The notes: generated by a model not told the origin, from the letters alone. Numbered from the stretch's first letter, positions 10,741-21,953 are shown. The stretch: DNA of 64,000 nucleotides from an uncultured Rubripirellula sp. (GCA_938085445.1 CALKGR010000003.1:64001-128000); one strand, 5' to 3'. Numbers and translations: made by a program.

Positions 10741-12546
10741 TTGGAGACTTGGGAAGCCTGGCTGACCATCGCTGTAGCCTGCATGTTGCTGGTGGGTTTA
10801 GCGCTGCGCATCGCGGCAACTGATATTTTAGCCCTGTTTTGTCTCGGAATTCTCGTATTAATTCAGAACATCACAGGCTCCGACGCCCTCCCAACACCCG
10901 AGCAAGCGGTCGCTGGTTTTGGGAATCAAGGGCTGATCACGATTGCCCTCTTATTCGCGGTGGTCGCGGGTCTGGAGTGCACGGGTGGAACAGAATTAGC
11001 CACCGGCTGGTTCCTCAATAAAGCAAGGAACCTTACGACTGCTCAGGCCAGATTATTTGTTCCAGTCGCGGTGTTGAGTGGATTTCTCAACAATACTCCG
11101 GTCGTCGTTGCCCTGATGCCCGTGGTAAACGACTTGGCCAAACGCATTTCGGCTAGTACCAGCCGGCTGTTATTGCCACTAAGTTACGCGGCCATCTTGG
11201 GTGGCATGTGCACTCTGATCGGTACCAGCACCAACTTGATCATCGCTGATCTGAATACACAGGCAATTGCAAGCGGCAGTATCGCAAAACCGCTTCACTT
11301 TTTTTCACCCGCCGCTGTAGGAATCCCGGCAACCATCATCGGCTTGATTTACATGATGGTTGCATCGCGTTGGCTGCTACCAGAGCGACGTCCAGCTGTC
11401 AGTGTCAGTGACGACCCCCGTCAGTACACGGTTGAAATGCAGGTCGATCCGACGGGGCCTTTGGTGGGTCGCAGTATCGAAGAAGCAGGCCTGCGTCATC
11501 TACCGGGACTTTATATTGCCGAGATTCAACGCGAAGATGGCATCATTGCAGCGGCAAAACCCAATGAGCGTTTGAGACCAGATGATGTATTGATTTTGGT
11601 AGGCGCACTGGAAAGTGTTGTTGATCTTAGGAAGATCCGAGGGTTGACGATCCCCGATGACCAGGCTCGCAAACTGGAAGTCCCTGCTTGGCGGCGAACA
11701 CTGGTCGAAGCAGTTGTCAGCACACGATGCGGTTTGCTCGGCAAAACAATTCGTGAGGGTAGGTTTCGTTCACACTACAACGCTGCGGTGGTTGCTGTTG
11801 CTCGAGGTGATAAACGCCTGACTGGTAAACTCGGAGACGTGCGATTGGAGGTTGGTGATGTGCTACTGCTGGAAGCCTCACCGTCGTTTTTACATCGCCG
11901 CCGTGAATCACGTGACTTCTTTCTTGTCAGTGCCGTAGAACAGGGCACAGTACGACGTCCCGAAAAAGCTTGGATCTCGATTACTATCCTGTTGTCAATG
12001 GTTTTGGCCGCGACCACGACGGGAATTTCTATTCTGACTGCTGCATTGCTGGCGGCTGTTGCCATGGTCGGCTTCCGTTGCTGCACTACTGGTGAAGCAA
12101 GACGAAGTGTCGACTGGTCTGTGCTAATTGTGATTGGAGCAGCCATTGGTATTGGTATGGCCATGGAACAAAGTCAGGCCGCTCAGGGAATCGCCATGGG
12201 ACTGCTGGGAATCGCGGGCGAAAATCCGATGCTGACCTTAGCGGCGGTCTATCTGGCAACCATGCTGTGCACTGAGTTGATTACCAATAATGCAGCTGCA
12301 GTTCTGATGTTTCCCATCGCTCTAGAGACCGCGACGGGCCTGCAAGCTAATCCGACACCCTTCGTGATTGCCGTCATGATTGCTGCTTCTGCCAGCTTTA
12401 TTACCCCGTTTGGCTATCAAACTAATCTCATGGTTTATGGTGTGGGCGGCTATCGGTTCTATGACTACGTACGATTTGGACTGCCATTGAGCATCATCGT
12501 GTTTATGGTCACGATGGTTGTGGTCCCTCAGGTTTGGCCTTTGTGA
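10741..12546 (+). CDS. SLC13/DASS family permease with TrkA-C domains
   Basis: SGFLNNTPVV, GGMCTLIGTSTNL, two TrkA-C repeats, TELITNNAAA and FITPFGYQTNLMV. TTG start. Confidence 0.9.
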   Translation: METWEAWLTIAVACMLLVGLALRIAATDILALFCLGILVLIQNITGSDALPTPEQAVAGFGNQGLITIALLFAVVAGLECTGGTELATGWFLNKARNLTTAQARLFVPVAVLSGFLNNTPVVVALMPVVNDLAKRISASTSRLLLPLSYAAILGGMCTLIGTSTNLIIADLNTQAIASGSIAKPLHFFSPAAVGIPATIIGLIYMMVASRWLLPERRPAVSVSDDPRQYTVEMQVDPTGPLVGRSIEEAGLRHLPGLYIAEIQREDGIIAAAKPNERLRPDDVLILVGALESVVDLRKIRGLTIPDDQARKLEVPAWRRTLVEAVVSTRCGLLGKTIREGRFRSHYNAAVVAVARGDKRLTGKLGDVRLEVGDVLLLEASPSFLHRRRESRDFFLVSAVEQGTVRRPEKAWISITILLSMVLAATTTGISILTAALLAAVAMVGFRCCTTGEARRSVDWSVLIVIGAAIGIGMAMEQSQAAQGIAMGLLGIAGENPMLTLAAVYLATMLCTELITNNAAAVLMFPIALETATGLQANPTPFVIAVMIAASASFITPFGYQTNLMVYGVGGYRFYDYVRFGLPLSIIVFMVTMVVVPQVWPL

Positions 12547-12586
12547 TACCGCCCACAGGTTGTGAGTCTGCACCAAATAGCAGCCT

Positions 12587-15500
12587 ATGCCTATCTCCAT
12601 TGATGATGTCGCAGTTGGCGATGCAAAAGCTATGAAATTCCGTCCACAGAGCCCTTCCCTCAATGCGGCATCGCGCCCACAGCGAACACCGCAAAACCAG
12701 GCGCCACAAAATGACAGCACTGCTAATGACAGCACTGCGTTAGAGCTAACGATCGATAATGCAATGCGAGTCGATCAGTACCGATTGAAGCGCGCACAGC
12801 AACGGTTGTCTGTGGATGAGTACGAGGCACAACTAAAAAAGTCAGTCGATCTGCATGCCACGCGGATAGCAGCTCAGCCCTGTATTGAATACTCCGATGA
12901 ACTACCGATCAGCCAACATCGTGATGAGCTGATTGAGTTGATTCGCAGCCGCCAAGTGATTGTGGTTTGTGGAGAAACGGGAAGTGGTAAGAGTACCCAG
13001 TTGCCTAAGATCCTGCTGGAATCAGGATTGGGTCGCAAGGCCATGATTGGCCATACTCAACCTCGCCGACTTGCTGCACGCAGTATCGCCACGCGGCTTG
13101 CAGAAGAACTACAAACCCCACTGGGTGAATTGGTGGGCTATCAGGTCCGATTCGGCGATCAAACCAGCGAGCGTTCGCTGGTCAAATCGATGACCGATGG
13201 AATTCTACTGGCGGAAACCCAATCTGATCATTTCCTCGACGCTTACGATGCAATCATCATTGACGAAGCGCACGAGCGTTCTTTGAACATTGATTTTCTG
13301 CTGGGCTTCCTGCGACGGCTGCAGGGCAAAAGAAGCGACCTCAAGATCGTCATCACCTCTGCGACGATTGATGCTGACAGGTTCTCAGAGCACTTCTCTG
13401 ATGAGCTCGGTCCTGCTCCCATTGTTAACGTGGAGGGTCGTGGATTTCCCGTCGAAATGGTTTACCTGCCATGGGAAGAAGTGGTTGCTGATGAAACACG
13501 AGTTCCTGATCTTTCTCAGCATGTAATCAAAGGAATCGAAACAGCAGGGCGGAGTGGACCTGGAGACATGCTTGTTTTCCTACCCACTGAACGCGACATT
13601 CGGGAAGTTTCTCACCGTGTCGGCTCTCATTATCATCGGCTGGGAATGGAGAAACAGGTTGACTTGCTGCCTCTTTATGCTCGCCTGCCACAATCCGAAC
13701 AGCAAAGAATCTTTCACCCACAGGGCGGTAAACGCCGGATCATTTTTGCAACCAATGTTGCTGAGAGTTCTTTAACGGTTCCGGGCATCAGGTACGTCAT
13801 CGATTCGGGTACAGCTCGCATCAGCCGGTACAGTGCCCGAAGCAAAATGCAGCGACTGCCCATCGAACCAGTCAGCAGAGCCAGTGCTGATCAACGAGCC
13901 GGAAGATGTGGTCGAATCGGACCCGGTGTCTGTATCAGACTGTATTCACAGGAAGATTACGAGTCGCGTGATGAGTTCACCACGCCCGAAATCAGACGCA
14001 CCAATCTTGCCTCGGTCGTGTTGCAAACAAAAACCTTGAAACTGGGAAAACTCGAGGAATTTCCTCTGCTTGATCCGCCAAGATCTGAAGCCATTCGTGA
14101 AGGAATCCGCACCCTGTTTGAACTGGGAGCACTGGACACAAAACAGCAACTCACCGACATCGGAAGGCAACTGGGACGATTCCCAGTCGATCCACGCGTC
14201 GGTCGAATGATTCTGGCTGCCGATGAAAATGGTGTGCTACCAGAAGTTCTACCCATCGCTGCGGCACTCGAAATTCAGGATCCACGTGACCGCCCCCCAG
14301 AGAAAAAGCAAGCGGCGGACGAAGCACACGCCGCATTCATTGACAGCCGAAGTGACTTTTTATCTTATCTCCGATTATGGCGTTACTATGAACAAGCCCG
14401 CAGCGATCATAGTCGCAACAAATTAACTCGCGTGCTTCGGAAACAGTTTCTGTCACCCAATCGAATGCGAGAATGGTCGGACGTTTACCGACAACTCAAA
14501 GAAATGGCCGCATCGGCGGGATCCCATCGATCAAAAAACCGCAGACGATCGATCGGTACCATTCAGTACAGCGATGACCAAACGCGCATCGTCGATGACG
14601 ATCGTTATGCTGCTATCCATCAATCGTTGATGACCGGGTTATTATCGGGCATCGCCATGGCGGGTGAGAAAAATGAATACAACGGTGCAGGTGGTCTAAA
14701 ACTGTTTCTCTGGCCAGGCAGTGGCGTGTCCAATACCAAGCCCAAATGGGTGATCGCTGGTGAACTCGTCGAAACCTCTCGGCAGTTTGCCCGTACTGTT
14801 GCACGGATCGATCCCGCATGGATTGAGAAGATCGCTGGTCATCTGCTCAAACGCTCTCATCAGGATCCACACTGGAGTACGAAATCCGGGGGCGCGTTTT
14901 GCTATGAAAACATGTTCTTGTTCGGACTACCCATCGTCACCCGACGCCGTGTTCCGTTGCCACCGCTGGATTCAGTCACCGCCCGCACTCTGATGATTGA
15001 ACACGGACTCGTTGAAAGACAGTTACGAACCACAGCAAAATTCGTCAGATATAACCAAGCCATGCTCGACGCGATCGAGAAACTGGCTGCAAAAACTCGG
15101 CGCCGAGATCTTGTCGTTGACAGCTATCAAATTGCCAAGTTCTACCAATCACAATTACCCGAAAATGTCTGTGACCGAGGTCGACTCGAAAAGCTTGACC
15201 GTGAAACCATCACACCACCATGGGCCAAAGGCCCTATCGAAACCAACTGGCTCACCCAATGGTTGGAAAGTACTGCCCCGTCAACTGAATCCGGCGGTAT
15301 TTACATGCGTCCGGTCGATGTGCTGGATCTAGCCTTTGAAACTCCGGGCGAAAATGAATTCCCCGACGTGCTCACCGTGGGCAATTCAAAACTACCTCTC
15401 GATTACCATTTCGAACCTGGTTCCGAACGAGACGGAGTCAGTATGACAGTCCATCAATCAGCCTTGTCGCAAATCAGTGACGATCGGCTCGGTTGGTTAG

Positions 15501-16726
15501 TGCCGGGACTGCTTCAGCCAAAATTGATCAGCATGATCAAATCATTACCCAAACGTATTCGACGCAACCTTGTACCGGCCGCTGATGTGGCCAAAAAGAT
15601 CGCTAACGAGTTGGAGCCAAATTACGGAAAAGTACCTTTCATGGAAACGGTCTGTGCTGCCATGTCGGAACATGCTGACACGCCCATTCGGGCAACCGAT
15701 TTTCAAGCTGAAAAGATGGGTCAACAGTTCAATATGCTGGTTCAGGTTGTTGACGATGACGGTGAACTGATTGCTGAAAGCCGACAAGTCACCGAATTGC
15801 AGCAGCAATTTGATGACACACATTCATCGTCCAATGTGACACAAACAGATCCAGCAGATGAATCATGGGCCCGTACCTCCATGACTGACTTTGAGATCGA
15901 AATGCTGCCAGTTGAGGTGATCCGGTTGCGAGGCGGTGTTCAAGTCGCACAGTATCCGGGATTGCGAATTCAGGGGGACAAGGTGGCAACTGATCTGTTT
16001 GCTGATCAAGCAACTGCCGAAGTAGCGATCTTGAACGGTGTCACAAAACTATACGCTTTAAGTGAACGCAAAGAACTCCGCAACCAAGTGCGTTGGTTGC
16101 CAGATTTACAGGCAATCAAAGTCAAACTTTCAGGACTGCTTAAAGCTGATGATCTTGAAAATTCTCTCATTGATCTGGTAGCCAGAATTGCATTCGTGGA
16201 AAACATGCCGGTCGTGCGTACACATGATGAATTCAATTCACGTCGACAGGATCGGGGTCAGCGCATCGCCATTGCTACGCAAGATGTCGCAGCTTGGCTA
16301 GGTAATTTTGCTGAGCATACGTTCATCGTCCGGCGTGAGTTGGAAAACTCCCGGGGAAGTGAGCGAATGGCAAATGTCAGCAGCGATGTGCAACAACAGA
16401 TCGATTGGTTGATACACCCCAGGTTTCTTTCATGTACGCCGTGGGAATGGTTAAAACATTACCCGCGATACATGAAAGGCATCGCTTACCGCCTTGAAAA
16501 AGTAAAAAGCGGTGCTGCATCGCGAGACCGTAGTGCCACCGACACCATCACTGATCTGACACGACGTTGGCTAATGATGATCCCTGAAAAAGAACAAAGC
16601 CCAGACCGTCAGGCAATGTCCGAATTTCGGTGGATGATCGAGGAATTGAGAGTTAGCATGTTTGCACAACCCCTGGGGACTTCTATCAAAATCTCACCGC
16701 AACGATGTGAAAAGTTGCTACGCTAA
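12587..16726 (+). CDS. hrpA: ATP-dependent RNA helicase HrpA (start may be ATG 12632)
   Basis: GETGSGKST, TQPRRLAA, DEAHER, SAT, ATNVAESSLT, QRAGRCGR and C-terminal WMIEELRVSMFAQ. Confidence 0.95.
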   Translation: MPISIDDVAVGDAKAMKFRPQSPSLNAASRPQRTPQNQAPQNDSTANDSTALELTIDNAMRVDQYRLKRAQQRLSVDEYEAQLKKSVDLHATRIAAQPCIEYSDELPISQHRDELIELIRSRQVIVVCGETGSGKSTQLPKILLESGLGRKAMIGHTQPRRLAARSIATRLAEELQTPLGELVGYQVRFGDQTSERSLVKSMTDGILLAETQSDHFLDAYDAIIIDEAHERSLNIDFLLGFLRRLQGKRSDLKIVITSATIDADRFSEHFSDELGPAPIVNVEGRGFPVEMVYLPWEEVVADETRVPDLSQHVIKGIETAGRSGPGDMLVFLPTERDIREVSHRVGSHYHRLGMEKQVDLLPLYARLPQSEQQRIFHPQGGKRRIIFATNVAESSLTVPGIRYVIDSGTARISRYSARSKMQRLPIEPVSRASADQRAGRCGRIGPGVCIRLYSQEDYESRDEFTTPEIRRTNLASVVLQTKTLKLGKLEEFPLLDPPRSEAIREGIRTLFELGALDTKQQLTDIGRQLGRFPVDPRVGRMILAADENGVLPEVLPIAAALEIQDPRDRPPEKKQAADEAHAAFIDSRSDFLSYLRLWRYYEQARSDHSRNKLTRVLRKQFLSPNRMREWSDVYRQLKEMAASAGSHRSKNRRRSIGTIQYSDDQTRIVDDDRYAAIHQSLMTGLLSGIAMAGEKNEYNGAGGLKLFLWPGSGVSNTKPKWVIAGELVETSRQFARTVARIDPAWIEKIAGHLLKRSHQDPHWSTKSGGAFCYENMFLFGLPIVTRRRVPLPPLDSVTARTLMIEHGLVERQLRTTAKFVRYNQAMLDAIEKLAAKTRRRDLVVDSYQIAKFYQSQLPENVCDRGRLEKLDRETITPPWAKGPIETNWLTQWLESTAPSTESGGIYMRPVDVLDLAFETPGENEFPDVLTVGNSKLPLDYHFEPGSERDGVSMTVHQSALSQISDDRLGWLVPGLLQPKLISMIKSLPKRIRRNLVPAADVAKKIANELEPNYGKVPFMETVCAAMSEHADTPIRATDFQAEKMGQQFNMLVQVVDDDGELIAESRQVTELQQQFDDTHSSSNVTQTDPADESWARTSMTDFEIEMLPVEVIRLRGGVQVAQYPGLRIQGDKVATDLFADQATAEVAILNGVTKLYALSERKELRNQVRWLPDLQAIKVKLSGLLKADDLENSLIDLVARIAFVENMPVVRTHDEFNSRRQDRGQRIAIATQDVAAWLGNFAEHTFIVRRELENSRGSERMANVSSDVQQQIDWLIHPRFLSCTPWEWLKHYPRYMKGIAYRLEKVKSGAASRDRSATDTITDLTRRWLMMIPEKEQSPDRQAMSEFRWMIEELRVSMFAQPLGTSIKISPQRCEKLLR

Positions 16727-16772
16727 GTTTAACAAGCGATTTTCACGCTCATCTGAAAAGTACGATTCTCCC

Positions 16773-18023
16773 ATGGTCCTTGAAGACCTAGAAAATGACG
16801 ACCAGCCATCGAAAACCCGGTTGCTCCCGCCGCTAATGTCGTTGGTACTTCATGGCTTACTTGCCCTCATCTTGTGGTTGCTTGCTTTTGAAGGAAAACC
16901 TCGGGCCTCGATTCGTCTCACAGCTTCACTGAGCGCCCCCAGCAGCACAGTGTCCCTGAAATTACCTCAAACGGTCAAACCGGTTGACCCAGTCATCGTC
17001 GGCGGGGAAGAGCCTGCTAGATCAACTGATTCCACCATTTCAGATCTGCTATTGGAAGCTCTCTCAGACACCATGATGGACGTCGCTGATCAGACAGATC
17101 TAAAAGAGGAAATCGAAGAAAATCAAGAATCAACTTCGATCGCTAACTTCTTCGGATCGGAAGCGATTGGTAGCAAATTTGTATTCGTCGTCGATATTTC
17201 ATTAAGCATGGATGCACGTAACATGGCACGATATCGACGTGCCAAAGAAGAATTACTCCGATCAGTATCAGATCTGACTTCGGAACAGAGTTACACGGTA
17301 CTTCTATTTTCCTGGCGGACCAAAACGATGCGGTACGATCGGCCACCTGCTTGGATAAAAGCTGAAAAGCATCACGAGAACAGATTGAGTCGTTGGCTCG
17401 ACGATGTCAAATTGAGTTCGGGGACTGATCCGAGGGATGCCTTATCGTTGGCGAAAATGATGCAACCTGACGCAATTTTCTTGCTGTCAGATGGACAATT
17501 TAATTACCCCAATACACCGCTCACGGAAACGGGTTGGCTACTTACCAATGGAGAAAGATCACAACTGAGTGTCTCGGATGGAATTGCCACCTACATGTCA
17601 TCGATTCCCATCCACAGCATCTCATTTGAAAATCCATTTACCAAGGATGCCATGGAACAGATTGCGAAACTCAGTGGCGGAATTTTTCGCTACGTCAAAA
17701 CGGAGTCACTCATTCCGGTGGATTCACAACGCTTTCTTCATGTGGTCGGGCTGATTGAGGATACCTACCAGAACACCTCTGAGCGAAGTTCAGAACTTCA
17801 ACGTCGGATGTCTTTTGCACGCGATTTTATTGCCGATGGGGAATTCGCGTTCGCTGAGTACATTATCCGACCAGTTCGTGATGCAAACTCAGCGGACATT
17901 AATAATCCAATCCTACGTAAGATCCTGCTAAAGATTCTGGATGAAGAACTGGGTGATACGCGTTTGGAAGATCTGCCAATGACTTCGGATGTCGAGCAGT
18001 GGGTCCTTGACCACGACTCTTGA
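16773..18023 (+). CDS. Membrane-anchored VWA-domain protein
   Basis: TM segment (SLVLHGLLALILWLL), MIDAS-like VFVVDISLSM, GTDP and IFLLSDG. Start moved to ATG 16773 to avoid overlap with hrpA. Confidence 0.8.
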   Translation: MVLEDLENDDQPSKTRLLPPLMSLVLHGLLALILWLLAFEGKPRASIRLTASLSAPSSTVSLKLPQTVKPVDPVIVGGEEPARSTDSTISDLLLEALSDTMMDVADQTDLKEEIEENQESTSIANFFGSEAIGSKFVFVVDISLSMDARNMARYRRAKEELLRSVSDLTSEQSYTVLLFSWRTKTMRYDRPPAWIKAEKHHENRLSRWLDDVKLSSGTDPRDALSLAKMMQPDAIFLLSDGQFNYPNTPLTETGWLLTNGERSQLSVSDGIATYMSSIPIHSISFENPFTKDAMEQIAKLSGGIFRYVKTESLIPVDSQRFLHVVGLIEDTYQNTSERSSELQRRMSFARDFIADGEFAFAEYIIRPVRDANSADINNPILRKILLKILDEELGDTRLEDLPMTSDVEQWVLDHDS

Positions 18024-18096
18024 GAACCGGCCAATTGGATCAAGACGCGTGTTACCAGCCGCCAGCGACCCCAATTAATTTTGAAGGTGTGGCAGG

Positions 18097-18528
18097 CTAA
18101 CCCAGCTCGTGATGCATTTTCCAATGAGGTATTCCCACCTCCATGAAACGGTTGCCCACCGTCTGGTAGCCCAAGCCCTGATAGAAAGCAACCGCCTCTT
18201 CGCGAGCATTCAATTCAATCTTTGGGAAGCCTCGTCGCTGTAGTGCTAACTCTATCTGGTGTATAAGACTGGAACCGAGACCTTGTCGTTGATAGTTTTC
18301 GTGAACAGCCATCTGTCGTAGCTTAGCCAAATCAGCGGAAAGAGGAACGATGACAGCACAAGCTCGAACCTGCTCCTCATCCACCAGAGCGAAATGCAAT
18401 TCTGATGACTCCGCTGCTAATTCCTCTGACGAGAATGCGAGCCCCAAAGGGGCTCGCAACAAACGATCACGCAGTTCAATTTCCTGGCTGTAGAGATTGC
18501 CATTCCAATCGATTTCAACAAATTCCAT
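18097..18528 (-). CDS. GNAT family N-acetyltransferase
   Basis: KLRQMAV...QRQGLGS acetyl-CoA motif, FYQGLGY and EVGIPH. Confidence 0.9.
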   Translation of the reverse strand: MEFVEIDWNGNLYSQEIELRDRLLRAPLGLAFSSEELAAESSELHFALVDEEQVRACAVIVPLSADLAKLRQMAVHENYQRQGLGSSLIHQIELALQRRGFPKIELNAREEAVAFYQGLGYQTVGNRFMEVGIPHWKMHHELG

Positions 18529-18546
18529 CTGTTATGTTCCCAAAAG

Positions 18547-18819
18547 TCAATTTCCCAACCAAAAAATTCCAATCGCAGCCACAAGATTAATCACGACGCA
18601 GATACCAAACCTGATTCGGTAGGACTGCTTACGAGTCTTATGGCGAATTCGATTTCCTGTGATCCAAGCTCCCGGCCAACCACCCAACAGACACCACAAG
18701 AGCAACGTCCGTTCTGAAATACGACCGCGTTCGTGAACTGCCATTCTTTTGTCCCAAACATACAGTCCAGCTGTCACGCAACTGCTCAGTGCGGTCCAAA
18801 TTAATATTGTTTTCAGCAT
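18547..18819 (-). CDS. DUF1294 family membrane protein
   Basis: YVWDKRMA...RISERTL...GGWPGA...RHKTRK signature. Confidence 0.85.
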   Translation of the reverse strand: MLKTILIWTALSSCVTAGLYVWDKRMAVHERGRISERTLLLWCLLGGWPGAWITGNRIRHKTRKQSYRIRFGICVVINLVAAIGIFWLGN

Positions 18820-18903
18820 ATTGGTCTGACATCCGATCTTCTCAGTATTTGCAACTATCATCTCTTTGCTCCGTTATCGTTACCAGAATCAGGCTTTCTT
18901 TGC

Positions 18904-20814
18904 ATGTCGCATTTTCCGCTCGATCAAAATCCTGACCTTGATCCGTACTTTGATGAACTTGGGTACTGGTTAGAACTCGAAGGGGAAGCCGAACGGGAGC
19001 GTATGGCTCGACGCCGAAAGATCCGATCCCAAACGCATGTAGAAAAGACAGGCGAAACGGTAATCGGACTTCAAATGCAAGACCATCAAACTGGCTTGGC
19101 GGGTCGTTTGTTACTTGACTTCAGCAAACCGGGGGACCAAGGCCTTCCCATGAATCGCCTGAAGGTTGGCTCGCCTGTGGTGGTATCGGATAACGATAAT
19201 CCTGCTGATAAGGGTGTCGCTGGTGTCGTCAGTCGCCGTAAACATCACACCATTCAGGTGGCGACCGATACGTGGCCCGAGGGCAAGCGGTACAGAATCG
19301 ACTTGTCGCCCGATGAAACCACAAGGCGAAGACAATCAGCTGCAATGGCCAAAGCTCGACTCGCGACTGGCCGACCCGCCAAACTACGGGATGTGCTGCT
19401 TGGAAAACGAGAAGCAAGATTTGCCGAAAGCAACACCGTCAAAAACTGCCTGACGACGCTCAATCCACCGCAGCTGGATGCTGTAGCCTTTGGACTTGCA
19501 TCGAAAGATGTTGCTGTCATCCATGGACCACCCGGAACTGGAAAGACAACAACACTTGCCGAATTGATCTATCAAGCTGTTCAACATGGGCAGACTGTTC
19601 TGGCTTGTGCACCCAGTAACACCGCTGTCGATAACCTGCTGGAGAAGTTGGTTGCACGCATGCCGGCTGTTGTCAGGGTTGGACACCCGGCACGCGTCTT
19701 TGAGTCCCTGCGGGGACACACTTTGGACGAATTGGTAGACAACGATCCATCAACCGATGTTGTCCGAGATATGCGACGCGAAGTTAAAGAATTGATTCGC
19801 ATTGCGGAAAAAGGATTCCGCTCACGTGATGGACACCGACGAAGACGTGAATTATTTGCTGAAGCCGGCAAACTACGGGGTCAGATTCGATCATTGGAAA
19901 AATCAGTGATCCAAAGCGTCATTGATTCCGCTGATGTCGTTTGCACAACCACCACCATCGACGATGAGCTCCTGAACACTCGATCTTTCGACTTGGTTGT
20001 GATTGATGAAGCCTGCCAATGCACGGTACCAAGTGTCTGGCAGGCTGTTCTTCGGGCTGAGAAATTGATTCTCGCCGGTGACCACTGCCAACTACCACCC
20101 ACCGTGTTAAGTGATCAGGCTGCTGCCCGAGGAATGAAAGATTCCCTGATGCAACGCCTGATCGAGCGCGACGGTGAATCCATCTATCGACAACTGACAG
20201 TTCAATACCGCATGCATGAATCCATCATGCAATTCTCCTCCGATACCTTTTACGACGGCAAACTCATTGCCGATGCGTCTATTCGAAAGCACCGACTCTG
20301 TGACCTGCCTGATGTGGTCGAAAAACCACTAACGGATTCACCACTCGAATTCATTGATACGGCAGGTGCTGAATACGAGGAACAGCTCGAACCCGATGGC
20401 GAAAGCAAGCTGAATCCAAAAGAAGCTGACCTTGTCATTCAACTGATCGGAGACCTTATCGAAGCAGGCGTCTCGCCAGAAGAAATGGGTATCATCGCGC
20501 CTTATGCTGCCCAAGTCCGGTTGCTAAGAGGCAAGCTAAATGTGATTGGCTTGGAAATTGATACTGTTGATGGTTTTCAAGGACGGGAGAAGGAGGTCAT
20601 CATCGTCACGATGGTCCGAAGTAATCACCATCGCGAAATCGGATTTCTGGCGGATACTAGACGAACCAATGTCGCCCTCACGCGAGCCCGACGGAAGCTG
20701 ATTGTTATCGGTGATAGTGCTACTTTGGCTTCCCATCCATTCTATGCCGATATGATCGAACACTTTGAAACACGAAACGCTTACCGCTCCGTGTGGGAAT
20801 TCGGGATCCTATGA
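18904..20814 (+). CDS. SF1 helicase, DNA2/NAM7 (IGHMBP2/Upf1-like) family
   Basis: HGPPGTGKT, APSNTAVDNL, IDEACQ, GDHCQLPP, QYRMH, TVDGFQGREK and NVALTRAR. Confidence 0.92.
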   Translation: MSHFPLDQNPDLDPYFDELGYWLELEGEAERERMARRRKIRSQTHVEKTGETVIGLQMQDHQTGLAGRLLLDFSKPGDQGLPMNRLKVGSPVVVSDNDNPADKGVAGVVSRRKHHTIQVATDTWPEGKRYRIDLSPDETTRRRQSAAMAKARLATGRPAKLRDVLLGKREARFAESNTVKNCLTTLNPPQLDAVAFGLASKDVAVIHGPPGTGKTTTLAELIYQAVQHGQTVLACAPSNTAVDNLLEKLVARMPAVVRVGHPARVFESLRGHTLDELVDNDPSTDVVRDMRREVKELIRIAEKGFRSRDGHRRRRELFAEAGKLRGQIRSLEKSVIQSVIDSADVVCTTTTIDDELLNTRSFDLVVIDEACQCTVPSVWQAVLRAEKLILAGDHCQLPPTVLSDQAAARGMKDSLMQRLIERDGESIYRQLTVQYRMHESIMQFSSDTFYDGKLIADASIRKHRLCDLPDVVEKPLTDSPLEFIDTAGAEYEEQLEPDGESKLNPKEADLVIQLIGDLIEAGVSPEEMGIIAPYAAQVRLLRGKLNVIGLEIDTVDGFQGREKEVIIVTMVRSNHHREIGFLADTRRTNVALTRARRKLIVIGDSATLASHPFYADMIEHFETRNAYRSVWEFGIL

Positions 20815-20929
20815 TCGACCAAAGGCTGTGTCGTGATCTGCTGTCCACGGATAAAAATTAGATTCGATGCCTCATCAAATCACCAAATCACCTTGATTTT
20901 ATGTCGTTGCTGGGCGTAAAGAGTGATCT

Positions 20930-21517
20930 ATGGAAGCGAAATACTATGCAACGTGTTTTTGGCCGGGACTGGCCGAACTGTGGTGGCGTGGGCGGTTATC
21001 TGCCCTGCCCGCCGCATTTGCATTCACCTTGGTCGTGAACCTTATACTCGTCGCGCGATACCTGTATCCCGGATGGATTCATAGCGGTTTGGTGTCTTTA
21101 GCCTTCTGGGGTGGGCTGATCACGCTGTTTTTTTACATCATTCGCACCGCTCGAGAATTACCAACCTTTATCAACCCACGCGAAACGTCGGAAGAACCCG
21201 ATCAATTCCCTGATGCGAGAATTGCGTATCTCAGCGGTCAATGGGAAGAGGCCGAAGGTTTATTGACCGATGTGCTAGCAATAGAGCCGAGAGATCCTCC
21301 CGCGTTGCTCCTTTTGACCGGCGTCTACCGTCACACGGGTCGTTTGGAAGCTGCTGAAGTATTACTACGAGAATTATCCCGACTGGAAGTGGCTGACGCT
21401 TGGTTACTGGAGATTGAGGCCGAATCCAAGCGTTTGGCACGAGCCGTCGAAGCTGAAAACGAAGCCGAACAAACTGACACAAAAAACCATGTGTCCGAGC
21501 TAAATGATGCTGCCTAA
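20930..21517 (+). CDS. Membrane protein with TPR-like C-terminus
   Basis: WPGLAELWWRG, TM helices, then AYLSGQWEEAE TPR-like helices. Confidence 0.7.
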   Translation: MEAKYYATCFWPGLAELWWRGRLSALPAAFAFTLVVNLILVARYLYPGWIHSGLVSLAFWGGLITLFFYIIRTARELPTFINPRETSEEPDQFPDARIAYLSGQWEEAEGLLTDVLAIEPRDPPALLLLTGVYRHTGRLEAAEVLLRELSRLEVADAWLLEIEAESKRLARAVEAENEAEQTDTKNHVSELNDAA

Positions 21518-21749
21518 ATGACAGAAGAACAGATGACAACGATTTGCGCTTGCCGCTGGAAAACAATGAGCCGTAAGCAAAAAAGTTTGATTTTAGACCG
21601 ATAACGTTGCTTTTCGGGAAATCGCAGCTGAAAGCTCCTATCCCCGCTTTTTACCGTAACCGATAGAATCACGCTAAGCTGGCTCGAACACCACTACCGT
21701 AGCTATCTCGGATTCTGATGAAAAAACAGAATGCCGTAATCCAGGAAAG

Positions 21750-21765
21750 TGGCGTACGGTTTGCT
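21750..21765 (+). promoter_or_regulatory. Candidate sigma54 (-24/-12) promoter for clpC
   Basis: TGGCGTACGGTTTGCT has the GG-N10-GC spacing of the TGGCAC-N5-TTGC consensus, ~190 bp upstream of clpC. Confidence 0.5.
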
Positions 21766-21953
21766 ACTACACGTGTAAGAAACGACAAATTCGCCAATTT
21801 GACAGCACCCACCCCTGATTTTCATCGCAGAGCTGATTGAACCGTTCAATTGGTCCTCTGAGACATTAGTTCGTGGGGTACAGACAATCGACCTGCCGCG
21901 GAGTCACCCGCTCCCGACTGCGTCGGATAAGACAAGGGTTATAGAGACAACAT

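Noticed and set aside
12587..20814. HrpA + VWA + SF1 helicase as an anti-phage defence system
   Set aside because: No nuclease or effector domains recognised, and unrelated opposite-strand genes interrupt the cluster. They look like ordinary core genes.
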